Shown here piece by piece: positions 24,520 to 33,375 of a DNA stretch of 50,290 nucleotides. Below the pieces are notes generated by a model. The model did not search any database, had not been told where the DNA came from, and worked only from the letters and a program-made list of their open reading frames with translations. This DNA is from an uncultured Candidatus Saccharibacteria bacterium (GTDB lineage: Bacteria; Patescibacteriota; Minisyncoccia; Sungbacterales; JBBTQR01). Each line of letters starts with the position of its first letter. The stretch's first letter is position 1. The DNA lies in NCBI GenBank assembly GCA_964365285.1, contig CAYIPF010000002.1:1-50290 (forward strand), in the 5' to 3' direction. Both the position numbers and the translations under genes were made by a program.

Positions 24520-25869
24520 TTATGCGATTAAAGCAAGTACCGCGCGCGCAATTCGTTCCCCCGCTTTGCCGTCGCGAAAATTACAATATACCCGACGAAA
24601 ACATTCCTGACCTTCAGCGTCAAGCGCTGGATTTTTAAGCCGTTTTTCAATCGCTTTTAAAAATTCGTCGCTTGATCTTGGAAGTTTGCCCGCGCCACAC
24701 GCAATAAACGGCAAAAAGTGACTGTAATCATATCGATGTTCGCCTTCCAGATATTTTCGTTTATATGGATGAAACGCGCCGGTTAATACAATGGGCTTAT
24801 TAAAAAATGCCGCGTCCAAAACGATTGTCGAGGGACCGCACACGACAAGATCGCTATAATAAATCCCGTGCATTAAATTGTCATCGTCCTTATCTCCCAA
24901 TTCCTGATCATCAATCTTTGAATCAAAAAAAGAAACTCCAGGCCGATCAAAACGCATATTGGGATACGGCTTCACTCCATCAAGGGCGCTAACCTTAACC
25001 GTCGGAGAAAATCGCACAATAATATTTACATCGAGAGAACTTAAAAGTTTCAAAACATATGGATCGGTTGTGTTATTTGGAATGTATACATCGCCAATGA
25101 CCGTACAAAAAATAAGTTTTTTTTCAATCGGCAAATCGTATAATGCAAAAAATTCTTCGCGAGAGATTTTTGGCCCTTTTGCGTATTTATCATAATGGGA
25201 AATTCCAACAACCTCAACGCGCTCCGCGGGAACATCATTAATTTTTATTGCCTGCTCCTTTACACGCGCACTCGGCGCCAAAAGTTTATCTGGAACAACG
25301 CGAAGGATGCCGTGCGTTGTAAGATTATCCCACGAACGGACCATTCCGATGCTTGGGATTTTGAAATATCGAGCATTGTGCGCAAGTTCAACATCGCGTT
25401 CATTTTGAATATCGGTAATAAGCACGACATCCGGCTTATAACGCACAAAATATTCCGAAAAACGATATGGAGCGGCAACGCGAAAATCAATCGCACGCAT
25501 AATCGTACGCAGTAAACGAATGTTTGTAAAAAACTTTGCAATAATTGTCGCAAAAATAAAATAAAAAAACTTTCCTTCTCGTTCCAATTTAATGCGGCGC
25601 TCAATAGAAACCGAATGCGAATCAAGTCCAAACTTTGCCAAACGCTTCATGACAAGCGAAAAAAACTTTTTTGAAGGCGGGGGAAGCTGAATTCCTTCAA
25701 TAATAACATTTGAATGTCCAAATTTTTTTTGAAAATAATCCTTCTTATACTCAAAAGTAAAAAGCACAATGCGAACATTGGGCTCGGCAACAAGTATTGA
25801 AAACGCGTCAGTTGCTAATATGTTTCTGGAAATATATGGATGGAAACTTGAAATAAAAATCGTTTTCAT
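24520..25869 (-). CDS. TagB/TagF-like GT-B transferase, paralog 4
   Basis: 449 aa. MKTIFISSF, YKPDVVL, RSWDNL, VGISHYD, KLIFCTVIG and DGKAGERI motifs. Confidence 0.65.
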   Translation of the reverse strand: MKTIFISSFHPYISRNILATDAFSILVAEPNVRIVLFTFEYKKDYFQKKFGHSNVIIEGIQLPPPSKKFFSLVMKRLAKFGLDSHSVSIERRIKLEREGKFFYFIFATIIAKFFTNIRLLRTIMRAIDFRVAAPYRFSEYFVRYKPDVVLITDIQNERDVELAHNARYFKIPSIGMVRSWDNLTTHGILRVVPDKLLAPSARVKEQAIKINDVPAERVEVVGISHYDKYAKGPKISREEFFALYDLPIEKKLIFCTVIGDVYIPNNTTDPYVLKLLSSLDVNIIVRFSPTVKVSALDGVKPYPNMRFDRPGVSFFDSKIDDQELGDKDDDNLMHGIYYSDLVVCGPSTIVLDAAFFNKPIVLTGAFHPYKRKYLEGEHRYDYSHFLPFIACGAGKLPRSSDEFLKAIEKRLKNPALDAEGQECFRRVYCNFRDGKAGERIARAVLALIA

Positions 25870-27068
25870 TGTGCTGTTTCTTCAAAAATTTTAAGCATAG
25901 CGTCGGCGTATTTCTCCCAGGAAAGATTTTTTTCGACAAACTCTCTGCCGTTTTTACTCAGTTCATTGCAAAGGGTCCCGTCATCAACGAGATGGGCTAC
26001 CGCAGTCGCGATTTGCTCGGGCGCACGCGCGTCTACAAGCAGTGCGTTTTTTTCATGTGTTAAAATTTCACTTGCTCCGGATGTCTTGGATACTACGACA
26101 GGCATTCCCGATGCCATCGCCTCAAAAACAGCGAGCCCCCAGCTTTGGAGATGGCACGGAAAAACAAATATATCACCCGTTCTATAATACACCTTTAAGT
26201 CATCATCTGAAACCATCCCGACAAAATTAACATATTCGGCAATCCCCGCTTTTTCCGCGCGATTCACAAGGGCGTCATAAAGACGCGAATTATGAGAGTA
26301 TTCACCGACAATGACACACGAGGCATTATGTCCCTTCTCACGAAGCAGAGCGACGGCGTCAATCAAATCCTCAAACCGGCGATGGGGCAAGAGGATTCCG
26401 GTTGAAAGAATCTTAATATCCGTTTTTAGAACGGTCGTTCTCTCGCAAAAAGAAAAATTTTTAATATCAATTCCGCTTCGAACAACGACTGCTTTTGGCG
26501 CAAAAGATTTTTCCGCCCATCTTTGATCTCGCTCATCCAATACGGCAATTACATCCTGCGCGTTTATAAAACGCCAAGTTTCAAAAATATCAAAAAATTC
26601 ATTAAAAACGATTTTAAAAACCGAAACGCGCTTCGTTTCGTCGAATTGCCGATCCCGCAACAAAGAGAATGAACGGGTTGGCATATCGTTCATCATCCAA
26701 ACCGATGGAATATTTTTTACGCGCTTTTTAAAATACGCGGCGACGCGATACGCTTCTTGGTCGTGAGGATTAAGAATGTCGGTTTCCGGATTTATTTTTT
26801 CCGCGAGCAATTTTGCGTCTTTTAATTCCTGAAGATAATTTTTGAAAAATCCCCATAGACCGCCTCCATAGCGCGGTCTATTTGATTCATACAATGAAAC
26901 GACGGGAATCCCGTCTAAAAGCTCCGAATAACAATCGTTTTTTGAATACAGAAATGAATACAAAGAAACGGCGTGTCCGCGACGCTTCAATTCTTGCGCC
27001 AAAGAAAGCGCCTGACGCTGAGTCCCCCCCCGTATATTTAACCGTCGAACAATAACTGCGATCATCAT
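25866..27068 (-). CDS. GT4-family glycosyltransferase
   Basis: 400 aa. SWGLAVFEAMASGMPVVVSKTSGASEIL (E-x7-E region). Contains a G8 tract at codons 13-15. Confidence 0.85.
   Translation of the reverse strand: MMIAVIVRRLNIRGGTQRQALSLAQELKRRGHAVSLYSFLYSKNDCYSELLDGIPVVSLYESNRPRYGGGLWGFFKNYLQELKDAKLLAEKINPETDILNPHDQEAYRVAAYFKKRVKNIPSVWMMNDMPTRSFSLLRDRQFDETKRVSVFKIVFNEFFDIFETWRFINAQDVIAVLDERDQRWAEKSFAPKAVVVRSGIDIKNFSFCERTTVLKTDIKILSTGILLPHRRFEDLIDAVALLREKGHNASCVIVGEYSHNSRLYDALVNRAEKAGIAEYVNFVGMVSDDDLKVYYRTGDIFVFPCHLQSWGLAVFEAMASGMPVVVSKTSGASEILTHEKNALLVDARAPEQIATAVAHLVDDGTLCNELSKNGREFVEKNLSWEKYADAMLKIFEETAQ
27024..27031 (-). repeat. G8 homopolymer (coding strand) in codons 13-15 of a GT4 gene
   Basis: Plus strand C8. 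Coding strand reads AAT ATA CGG GGG GGG ACT (N I R G G T). Confidence 0.95.
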
Positions 27069-27121
27069 AAAGTCATTAAAAAGAAAAAAGCGACTTTACA
27101 CAAGTCGCTTACAAACACACA

Positions 27122-28099
27122 TTAAGAAGAAATATACTCCCAATCAGCATTGACCATCATTACCACTAACTCGCGCAACGATGTCTTTGGTTTCCATCCG
27201 AGCTCGTTTTGTGCGAGAGAAGAATCTCCGCACAATACATGCACCTCTGCTGGCCGAAAAAATTGCTTATCGACGACAACATAACGCATCCAATCAAGAT
27301 CAAGATGCTGGAACGCTTCCGCAACAAATTCACGGACGGTATGCGTTTCTCCGGTTGCGATGACATAATCCTTCGGATATTCAGCTTGAAGCATCAGCCA
27401 CATCGCCTCAACATAATCACCCGCAAATCCCCAATCCCGTTGTGCGTCCAAATTCCCAAGACGAAGCTCCGACGCATTGCCATATCGAATCTGCGCTGCC
27501 GTATGAGTAATTTTTCGCGTTACAAACTCCATGCCTCGTCTCGGCGATTCATGATTAAAAAGAATCCCCGAAGCGGCTCTGATGCCATACGCTTCGCGAT
27601 AATACTGCGTCAAATGAAATCCGGCAGCCTTTGAAATCCCGTACACTGATCGGGGATGAAATGGCGTTGCTTCGCTTTGAAAAACCTCGGGTGAATTTCC
27701 GAACATCTCGCTTGTTGCCGCAAAATAAAATTTACATTCCGGAACAACGCGTTTCAAGGCAGAAAGCACGTTATGAGTTCCGTCGGCATTCGTCTTGAAT
27801 GTAGAAAATTCATCCTCAAACGAATGCGCAACAAAACTCTGCGCGGCAAGATGGTAACACTCATGCGGCCTTACATCTTGGAAAACCGCGAAAATACTCG
27901 GCATACTTTCCAATGATGCCGCATGCAAATGAAGTTTGTCCTTAATACCGAGAATCCGCGAAAGCCTATGCTTATGATTTTCAATCGCAACGCGCCGCAC
28001 AATACCATGCACTTCATATCCCTTTTTCAATAAAAGCTCGGCAAGATATGAACCGTCCTGACCGGTAATTCCGGTGATAAGCGCTTTTTTCTGCGTCAT
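27122..28099 (-). CDS. gmd: GDP-mannose 4,6-dehydratase
   Basis: 325 aa. KKALITGITGQDGSYLAELLLKKGYEVHGIVRR, YGISKAA and LFNHESPRRG are classic Gmd motifs. Confidence 0.9.
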   Translation of the reverse strand: MTQKKALITGITGQDGSYLAELLLKKGYEVHGIVRRVAIENHKHRLSRILGIKDKLHLHAASLESMPSIFAVFQDVRPHECYHLAAQSFVAHSFEDEFSTFKTNADGTHNVLSALKRVVPECKFYFAATSEMFGNSPEVFQSEATPFHPRSVYGISKAAGFHLTQYYREAYGIRAASGILFNHESPRRGMEFVTRKITHTAAQIRYGNASELRLGNLDAQRDWGFAGDYVEAMWLMLQAEYPKDYVIATGETHTVREFVAEAFQHLDLDWMRYVVVDKQFFRPAEVHVLCGDSSLAQNELGWKPKTSLRELVVMMVNADWEYISS

Positions 28100-28100
28100 A

Positions 28101-28108
28101 CCCCCCCC
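28101..28108 (-). repeat. G8 homopolymer 1 nt upstream of the gmd start codon
   Basis: Plus strand C8. Coding strand reads AACGGGGGGGGTATG. The G-run is the only Shine-Dalgarno-like element present. Confidence 0.95.
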
Positions 28109-28197
28109 GTTAATGTAAAGGAACTATTAAGTAGTAGCGCAAATCCTATAACCGTCAACCAGACGCATTTGTTTTAATGAACAACATTGATTACAAT

Positions 28198-28358
28198 AGA
28201 CCTACTGAACAAAGATTTTTCGTAGCGAAATGTTAATATTTTGAGCGAGACGAAGCAAAAATTATGAAGCATATACAGCGTATCTGTTGAATAATTTTTG
28301 CAAAGTCGCAGCCAAGATATTAACATTTCGCTACGAAAAATCTTTGTTCAGGAGGTCT
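28198..28358. repeat. S element, copy A: 161-nt element with 42-nt terminal inverted arms (MITE-like or structured RNA)
   Basis: Arms 28198-28239 and 28317-28358 are complementary at 41/42 positions. The inner 11-bp stem GCAAAAATTAT/ATAATTTTTGC (28255-28265 / 28291-28301) closes a 25-nt loop. TA dinucleotides flank the element on both sides. Confidence 0.9.
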
Positions 28359-28368
28359 AATAATTTCT

Positions 28369-28920
28369 ATGGAAAAAAGAAAATTAAATCTTGGCTGTGG
28401 AACAAACATACGCGTAGGATGGATAAATTTGGATTCTGCAAAGCTTCCGGGTGTTGATATCGCGCATGATATTGAAAAACTTCCACTCCCGTTTACTGAT
28501 AACGAGTTTGAAGAAATTTTATGCCAGGACATCCTTGAGCATGTGGAATATACGCCCATTCTAAAAGAATTATATCGCGTATTGAGTCCCGAAGGCACCA
28601 TAACTATTCGCGTTCCGCATTTTACTTCGAAAAATAATTATATCGATCCCACGCACAAAAAACTCTTTTCAATAAGCACATTTGAATTTTTCATAAAAAA
28701 TTCGCGCCTAAAAAATGAACGCGATTACTATTTCGATTTTGCGTTTTCAAAAATCCATACACGACACATTACCTTTGAACGGTCATCGCGCATTTTTTTC
28801 TATAATCGTTTTGTTGAGTGGTGCATAAACAGAAACGATCGAACACAAGAAATCTATGAATCAACTTTTCTATCCCGCGTTTTTCCGGCTGAAAACATCG
28901 TCATCACGATTGTGAAATGA
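28369..28920 (+). CDS. class I SAM-dependent methyltransferase (only sizeable plus-strand gene)
   Basis: 183 aa. LNLGCGTNIRVGWINLD and LPFTDNEFEEILCQDILEHV...LKELYRVLSPEGTI motifs. AGGAGG at 28350-28355 lies inside the S-A repeat arm. Confidence 0.8.
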   Translation: MEKRKLNLGCGTNIRVGWINLDSAKLPGVDIAHDIEKLPLPFTDNEFEEILCQDILEHVEYTPILKELYRVLSPEGTITIRVPHFTSKNNYIDPTHKKLFSISTFEFFIKNSRLKNERDYYFDFAFSKIHTRHITFERSSRIFFYNRFVEWCINRNDRTQEIYESTFLSRVFPAENIVITIVK

Positions 28921-30001
28921 CGCGTGTATACACACGTTCATATTCTGAAATTTTATCATCCCACAAAAAATTCTTTACGAATTTCCGCGATTCTTCCGAG
29001 AATCGTTTTTTTAATTGCTGATCTTTCAAAATTTTTAACATCATCTCGGCGGCTTCATCAATGTTTTTTTCATGAACCAAAAATCCGTTTTGTCCATCAA
29101 GCATAGCGTCTTCCGCTCCGCAGTCCCTGCTTCCAATAACCGAAAGTCCCTGCGACGCCGCCTCCAAAAAGACAATGCCAAAACCCTCAATATCATGCCC
29201 CGCATTTCGGGAAAGAAGAAGAAAAAGCTCGGCATTTTGATACAGCGCGCGAAGTTCTCCTTCGGTGTCCACCAACTCAAGCACATGAACACTCCCCTGA
29301 AGATTATGCGCGGCAATACAATCAAAAATTTGCCTGTATGCGACCTCATTGTGTTTCTTCCCGACAATAACATACTGCAAACTCGGAAATATTTTTTTTA
29401 CTTTCGCAAACGCGGGAATGCTTGCCTTAAATCCCTTGCGCCAGCGAAGCGAGCCTATGGTAAGGATGTAGGGCTTATATTTTTGAAACTGTAAAAATTC
29501 TTTAGGAACCGCGCTCATCCACGCTTCGCTGATGCCCGGATGAATGACGTCTATCGTAAGACCTGGGACTTTTTTTAAAATTTCACGCTTCGTGAAATTA
29601 CTAATGGCGACAAGCGCCGACGCACGGCGAAACGCATATATCGCGCACAATTTCAAATGCCACGCGTAGAGCGGAATAATTGAACCGCTCCCAATCGCGG
29701 TAATAACGACGGGCTTTTTAAGGCCATACGCGGCACAAACAGCAAGAATACCGTATGGAAAAACATCCATCGCGTGAATAACATCCGCATCATGAATTAT
29801 TTTTCTTACAGTGATAATATTCGCGAGAAACCCAAAAAATCCCAATCTCAAAATATGCTCCGCTGAAAGCCTGGAGGAAACGGAAACGCACACAGAAACT
29901 TGAACTTCGGGGCGCGAAGAAAGCCCGTCAATAAGCGCGCGGGAAAAAACCCCTCCTCCGTTGTCATATTTCGTATTGTGCGTAAGAAATACAATTTTCA
30001 T
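28904..30001 (-). CDS. GT4-family glycosyltransferase
   Basis: 365 aa. EGFGIVFLEAASQGLSVIGSRDCGAEDAMLDGQNGFLV. Its 3' end overlaps the convergent methyltransferase gene by 17 nt. Confidence 0.85.
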   Translation of the reverse strand: MKIVFLTHNTKYDNGGGVFSRALIDGLSSRPEVQVSVCVSVSSRLSAEHILRLGFFGFLANIITVRKIIHDADVIHAMDVFPYGILAVCAAYGLKKPVVITAIGSGSIIPLYAWHLKLCAIYAFRRASALVAISNFTKREILKKVPGLTIDVIHPGISEAWMSAVPKEFLQFQKYKPYILTIGSLRWRKGFKASIPAFAKVKKIFPSLQYVIVGKKHNEVAYRQIFDCIAAHNLQGSVHVLELVDTEGELRALYQNAELFLLLSRNAGHDIEGFGIVFLEAASQGLSVIGSRDCGAEDAMLDGQNGFLVHEKNIDEAAEMMLKILKDQQLKKRFSEESRKFVKNFLWDDKISEYERVYTRVISQS

Positions 30002-31086
30002 TTGTTTGAATGTATGATCGCAAGAAACTCTTTAGCCATCTTTTCCCATGAAAAATAATCCGCGCGTTTCTTTCCATTCGCGATGAGTCGTGACCGAAGA
30101 ACGGCATTGTGTACTACATCTCGCATTGCTTCCGCGATTGCCTCTTGATTTTTAGGATCAATTAAAATTGCCGAATCATGAGCGCCTAACTCCGCAAGCG
30201 ATGAACTGTTTGAAGTTATAACGGGAAGACCGCACGCCATTGCTTCAAGGACAGGAAAGCCAAATCCCTCAATAAAACTGGGGAACACAAGCGCTCGCGC
30301 TTTTTGATATAAAAACGACAACTGTTCATCGCTTATCTGACCTATACGCATAATCAGTTCGCCTATTTTCTCCTCGCTGATAATTCTTTCAAGCTCCTCG
30401 CGATATGCGCCCGCTCCATACCCAACGATCAAAAGTCGTTCCTTGGCTAACGGATTTTTTTTATGATACAGCGCAAACGCTCGAATGACTCCGGCGACAT
30501 TCTTCCGCTCTTTAAGCGCGCCGATAAAAAGAAAAAAATCTTCGGGTGCTGTAATGCGTGCGCCCGAAAGAGCGCATATGTTTTTAAAACCGCAATAAAT
30601 CACGCGAATCTTCTCAGCAGGCATTCCATATATGTTAATAATATCGCGTTTTGTCGCTTCAGAAATGGCAATAATCATATCCGCCGTTCTAAGAGAATGC
30701 CCGTGATACCATTTGAGAAACGCGCGCTTAATGTAATCGCCAACGCTATGAGACGGAAAAAATTGATACGCAAAATCAAGCGCGATAACAACGGAACGCC
30801 GCGGTCTCCTAAAAAACGGAAGAATTGGGGTATTAAAAATAACGACATCAGCATCTTTCATCCGCGAAAACCCGCGATCAAGCCACAAAAATCCGCCGCC
30901 AAGCACAACTGATTTCCAGCGACTTCCGGAAAATATTTCTTTCGGAATGGATTTTTCTTTCGTACATACGATATATTCATTTTGAGTGTCGTTGGCGATA
31001 AGAGCTTTTGTCAATTCAAAAATAATCCGCGCTAACCCCGCGGGATTTTTCTCACCATATGGATTGAGAAGTATTCCTATTTTCAT
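29998..31086 (-). CDS. GT4-family glycosyltransferase
   Basis: 362 aa. FPSFIEGFGFPVLEAMACGLPVITSNSSSLAELG. Confidence 0.85.
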   Translation of the reverse strand: MKIGILLNPYGEKNPAGLARIIFELTKALIANDTQNEYIVCTKEKSIPKEIFSGSRWKSVVLGGGFLWLDRGFSRMKDADVVIFNTPILPFFRRPRRSVVIALDFAYQFFPSHSVGDYIKRAFLKWYHGHSLRTADMIIAISEATKRDIINIYGMPAEKIRVIYCGFKNICALSGARITAPEDFFLFIGALKERKNVAGVIRAFALYHKKNPLAKERLLIVGYGAGAYREELERIISEEKIGELIMRIGQISDEQLSFLYQKARALVFPSFIEGFGFPVLEAMACGLPVITSNSSSLAELGAHDSAILIDPKNQEAIAEAMRDVVHNAVLRSRLIANGKKRADYFSWEKMAKEFLAIIHSNK

Positions 31087-31099
31087 ACTGTCCTAACTA

Positions 31100-32248
31100 T
31101 TAAAGACATGTATTATTACCTATAAAATCATACACTCGTTTTCCCCGTTTCTCCCATGCAAAAACAGCTGTTTTTGCAAACGCATTACTGACTCTCACAT
31201 CTGCTTCTGCTGAATTTTCAAGCGCTTTTATAATAATCCGCGCCATACTATCTGCGTTATCCGGTTCATAAAAAAACACCTCTCGTTCAGTTACAACATC
31301 TTCAATTGCGGGCGTTTCTGCGGCAATAATCGGACGGCGCGCCGCCATATATTCAAAAAGCTTCATCGGCGAAGTGTGCAAATAAGAGTAATCGCTTTTT
31401 TTCGTTCCAAGCACAATAAGCGCGTCAGCCGCCGCAAACCACAATGGCATTTCAGCGTATGGACGCTTTCCAAAAAAATCTAGATTCGCGGGAAAGTCTT
31501 TCATTCCAAGTCCCGCCCGAACCTCTCGTTCATCCGCGCCAACGACAGCGATTGTTAGATGTTGATTTAAAAGCTTCGCCGCTTCAGGAAAAATTTCAAA
31601 TCCCTTCCACTGATAAAATTGCCCTCCATAAAGAGCGATTTTTATATTCTGGGAAAGGTTTAATTTTTTTCGCGCCGCCTCTTTGCTGATCTCTCCGTTA
31701 AAAAAATTGACATCAATGCCGTTTGGAAAAATAAGGATTTTTTCCGGATTTTTTAATTTAAAATTTTCTAAAAGCTCTTTTTTAATAAGCGAATTAATGA
31801 CAATAAGTCCGTCTGCGTTGTGAAACAGCAAAGAATATGCATATGAATATCTTTTTGCGTCATGGATTTCAACAAAATACGGCACACCAAGCAGAGGAAC
31901 CAGCGCAAAAGAAAATTGATCCATATCAATGGTATACATAATAAATCGCTCACCCCGTATTTTTCTTATCCAAAAAAAAATAAAGTATGAAAGCATGAAG
32001 GAAACGCTCCCCATATAATAACCAATCGCGCCCCACCCATACACATCAAGCGCCCATAACCTTCTCACCGGAATATCGCGCCGTAAACTGTAAAATTCCC
32101 GAATCGACTTTTTATCTATAGCGCGGCGAGGAAGCACAAGCTCCATATCAGCCCCTGCGTCAAGCATGGCTTCGCACATTTTTGCAAGTTGTATGCCATG
32201 CGCCCGTTCAGTTGGCATGCGGGCATTGGCAAGATAGTACATTTTCAT
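31100..32248 (-). CDS. GT4-like glycosyltransferase
   Basis: I place the start at the ATG at 32246-32248 (MKMYYLANARMP), which forms an ATGA overlap with the upstream stop. SPMKLFEYMAARRPIIAAETPAIEDVV. Confidence 0.75.
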   Translation of the reverse strand: MKMYYLANARMPTERAHGIQLAKMCEAMLDAGADMELVLPRRAIDKKSIREFYSLRRDIPVRRLWALDVYGWGAIGYYMGSVSFMLSYFIFFWIRKIRGERFIMYTIDMDQFSFALVPLLGVPYFVEIHDAKRYSYAYSLLFHNADGLIVINSLIKKELLENFKLKNPEKILIFPNGIDVNFFNGEISKEAARKKLNLSQNIKIALYGGQFYQWKGFEIFPEAAKLLNQHLTIAVVGADEREVRAGLGMKDFPANLDFFGKRPYAEMPLWFAAADALIVLGTKKSDYSYLHTSPMKLFEYMAARRPIIAAETPAIEDVVTEREVFFYEPDNADSMARIIIKALENSAEADVRVSNAFAKTAVFAWEKRGKRVYDFIGNNTCL

Positions 32249-33375
32249 GATTTTAAAATAATTTCTAAAAATCGATTCGCGACTTTCGACACATCGAATT
32301 GCTTGACCCAATTTTTTAATTCTTGCGAAAGCCGCTCTTTTTCATCGGAAGAAAGCTCAAAAAGCTCCCTAACAATAGTGTTAAAAACTGCAACATCCCC
32401 CGAAGGCGCTATGTATCGCTTATACTCTGCGGGAATCACCTCTGCAATTCCTCCAACGGCAAACGCCGCGAATGGCACGCCCATGGCGGCGGCTTCAAGC
32501 ATTACGCGGGGAAAACCCTCTTCATCAGACGGAATTATTAAAACATCAGCCATTGAATAATAAAGTGGCATTTGGTGATTCGGCACCGCCCCGACAAACC
32601 GCACTTTCCCCTCCAACTTTAAACTTTTCATTTTTAACTTTACACTTTCTCTCTCCGGCCCATCTCCCGCGACAACCAAAACAGCGTTCTCGTCCTTAAG
32701 CGATTCGGCGATCTCCGAAAGATACTGCGCGCCCTTTCGTTGGGAAAGCCGATGAACGAATAATACGACTTTGGCATCTGTAGAAATCCCTAGCTGAATC
32801 TTAAGCTGAAATGCTCCACCGTCAGGCGTAAATCGCGCGAGCGATACCCAATTTGGCATAATATTTATTTTCTCCCGCGATATGCCGTATACTTCGCTAT
32901 ATTTTTTCGCAAGTCCTTCAGTTCCCGTCACCAAAAACGAAACTGCCTCATACGCCAATCGCTCAAACCAATCGCGAATTTCTCCGCGCTTGTATTTCCA
33001 TGGCTCTCCACAGTTCCAATACCACACCGTACCTCCGAAAGGGCGCATAACGATTGACGAAGCGACTGCCGCTAAAAACGAATAGTGAACATATGCGCGC
33101 GAATATCCCAAAAATCGCGCTTTCAAAAGCCGACAGTGAAGCTCGCACCAACGGAGCGGAAGCAACCGAAACCAAAGAACTTTTACGCGCGTACAACCAA
33201 ATTTTTCTTTCGGCTGTTCGCCTTTCTCAATAATCAAAAAAATGTCGAATTGTTTTGAAATCTCTCGGATAAAATCATAGAGATGCGAAAAATGCGTCGC
33301 ATCATCGTGCGCATATGAGGGAGCGATATAACAAAGCTTCGGTTTTGAATTATTTTCCAACATAATGAACCTCAT
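32245..33375 (-). CDS. GT4-family glycosyltransferase
   Basis: 376 aa (alternative start at 33363). PSDEEGFPRVMLEAAAMGVPFAAFAVGGIAEVI. Confidence 0.85.
   Translation of the reverse strand: MRFIMLENNSKPKLCYIAPSYAHDDATHFSHLYDFIREISKQFDIFLIIEKGEQPKEKFGCTRVKVLWFRLLPLRWCELHCRLLKARFLGYSRAYVHYSFLAAVASSIVMRPFGGTVWYWNCGEPWKYKRGEIRDWFERLAYEAVSFLVTGTEGLAKKYSEVYGISREKINIMPNWVSLARFTPDGGAFQLKIQLGISTDAKVVLFVHRLSQRKGAQYLSEIAESLKDENAVLVVAGDGPERESVKLKMKSLKLEGKVRFVGAVPNHQMPLYYSMADVLIIPSDEEGFPRVMLEAAAMGVPFAAFAVGGIAEVIPAEYKRYIAPSGDVAVFNTIVRELFELSSDEKERLSQELKNWVKQFDVSKVANRFLEIILKS

Noticed and set aside
28295-28316. GCAAAGTCG(C/G)AGCC in the S elements resembling the RNase P RNA CR-I motif (GAGGAAAGUCCGGGCUC)
   Set aside because: The element is only ~160 nt, has two copies, and lacks the other universally conserved RNase P regions. 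The resemblance is a short partial match.
32249-32311. Longer start for the GT4 gene 31100-32311
   Set aside because: The ATG at 32248 gives the typical ATGA coupling with the upstream stop, and the protein then starts at the conserved GT4 N-terminus. The extension overlaps the upstream gene.
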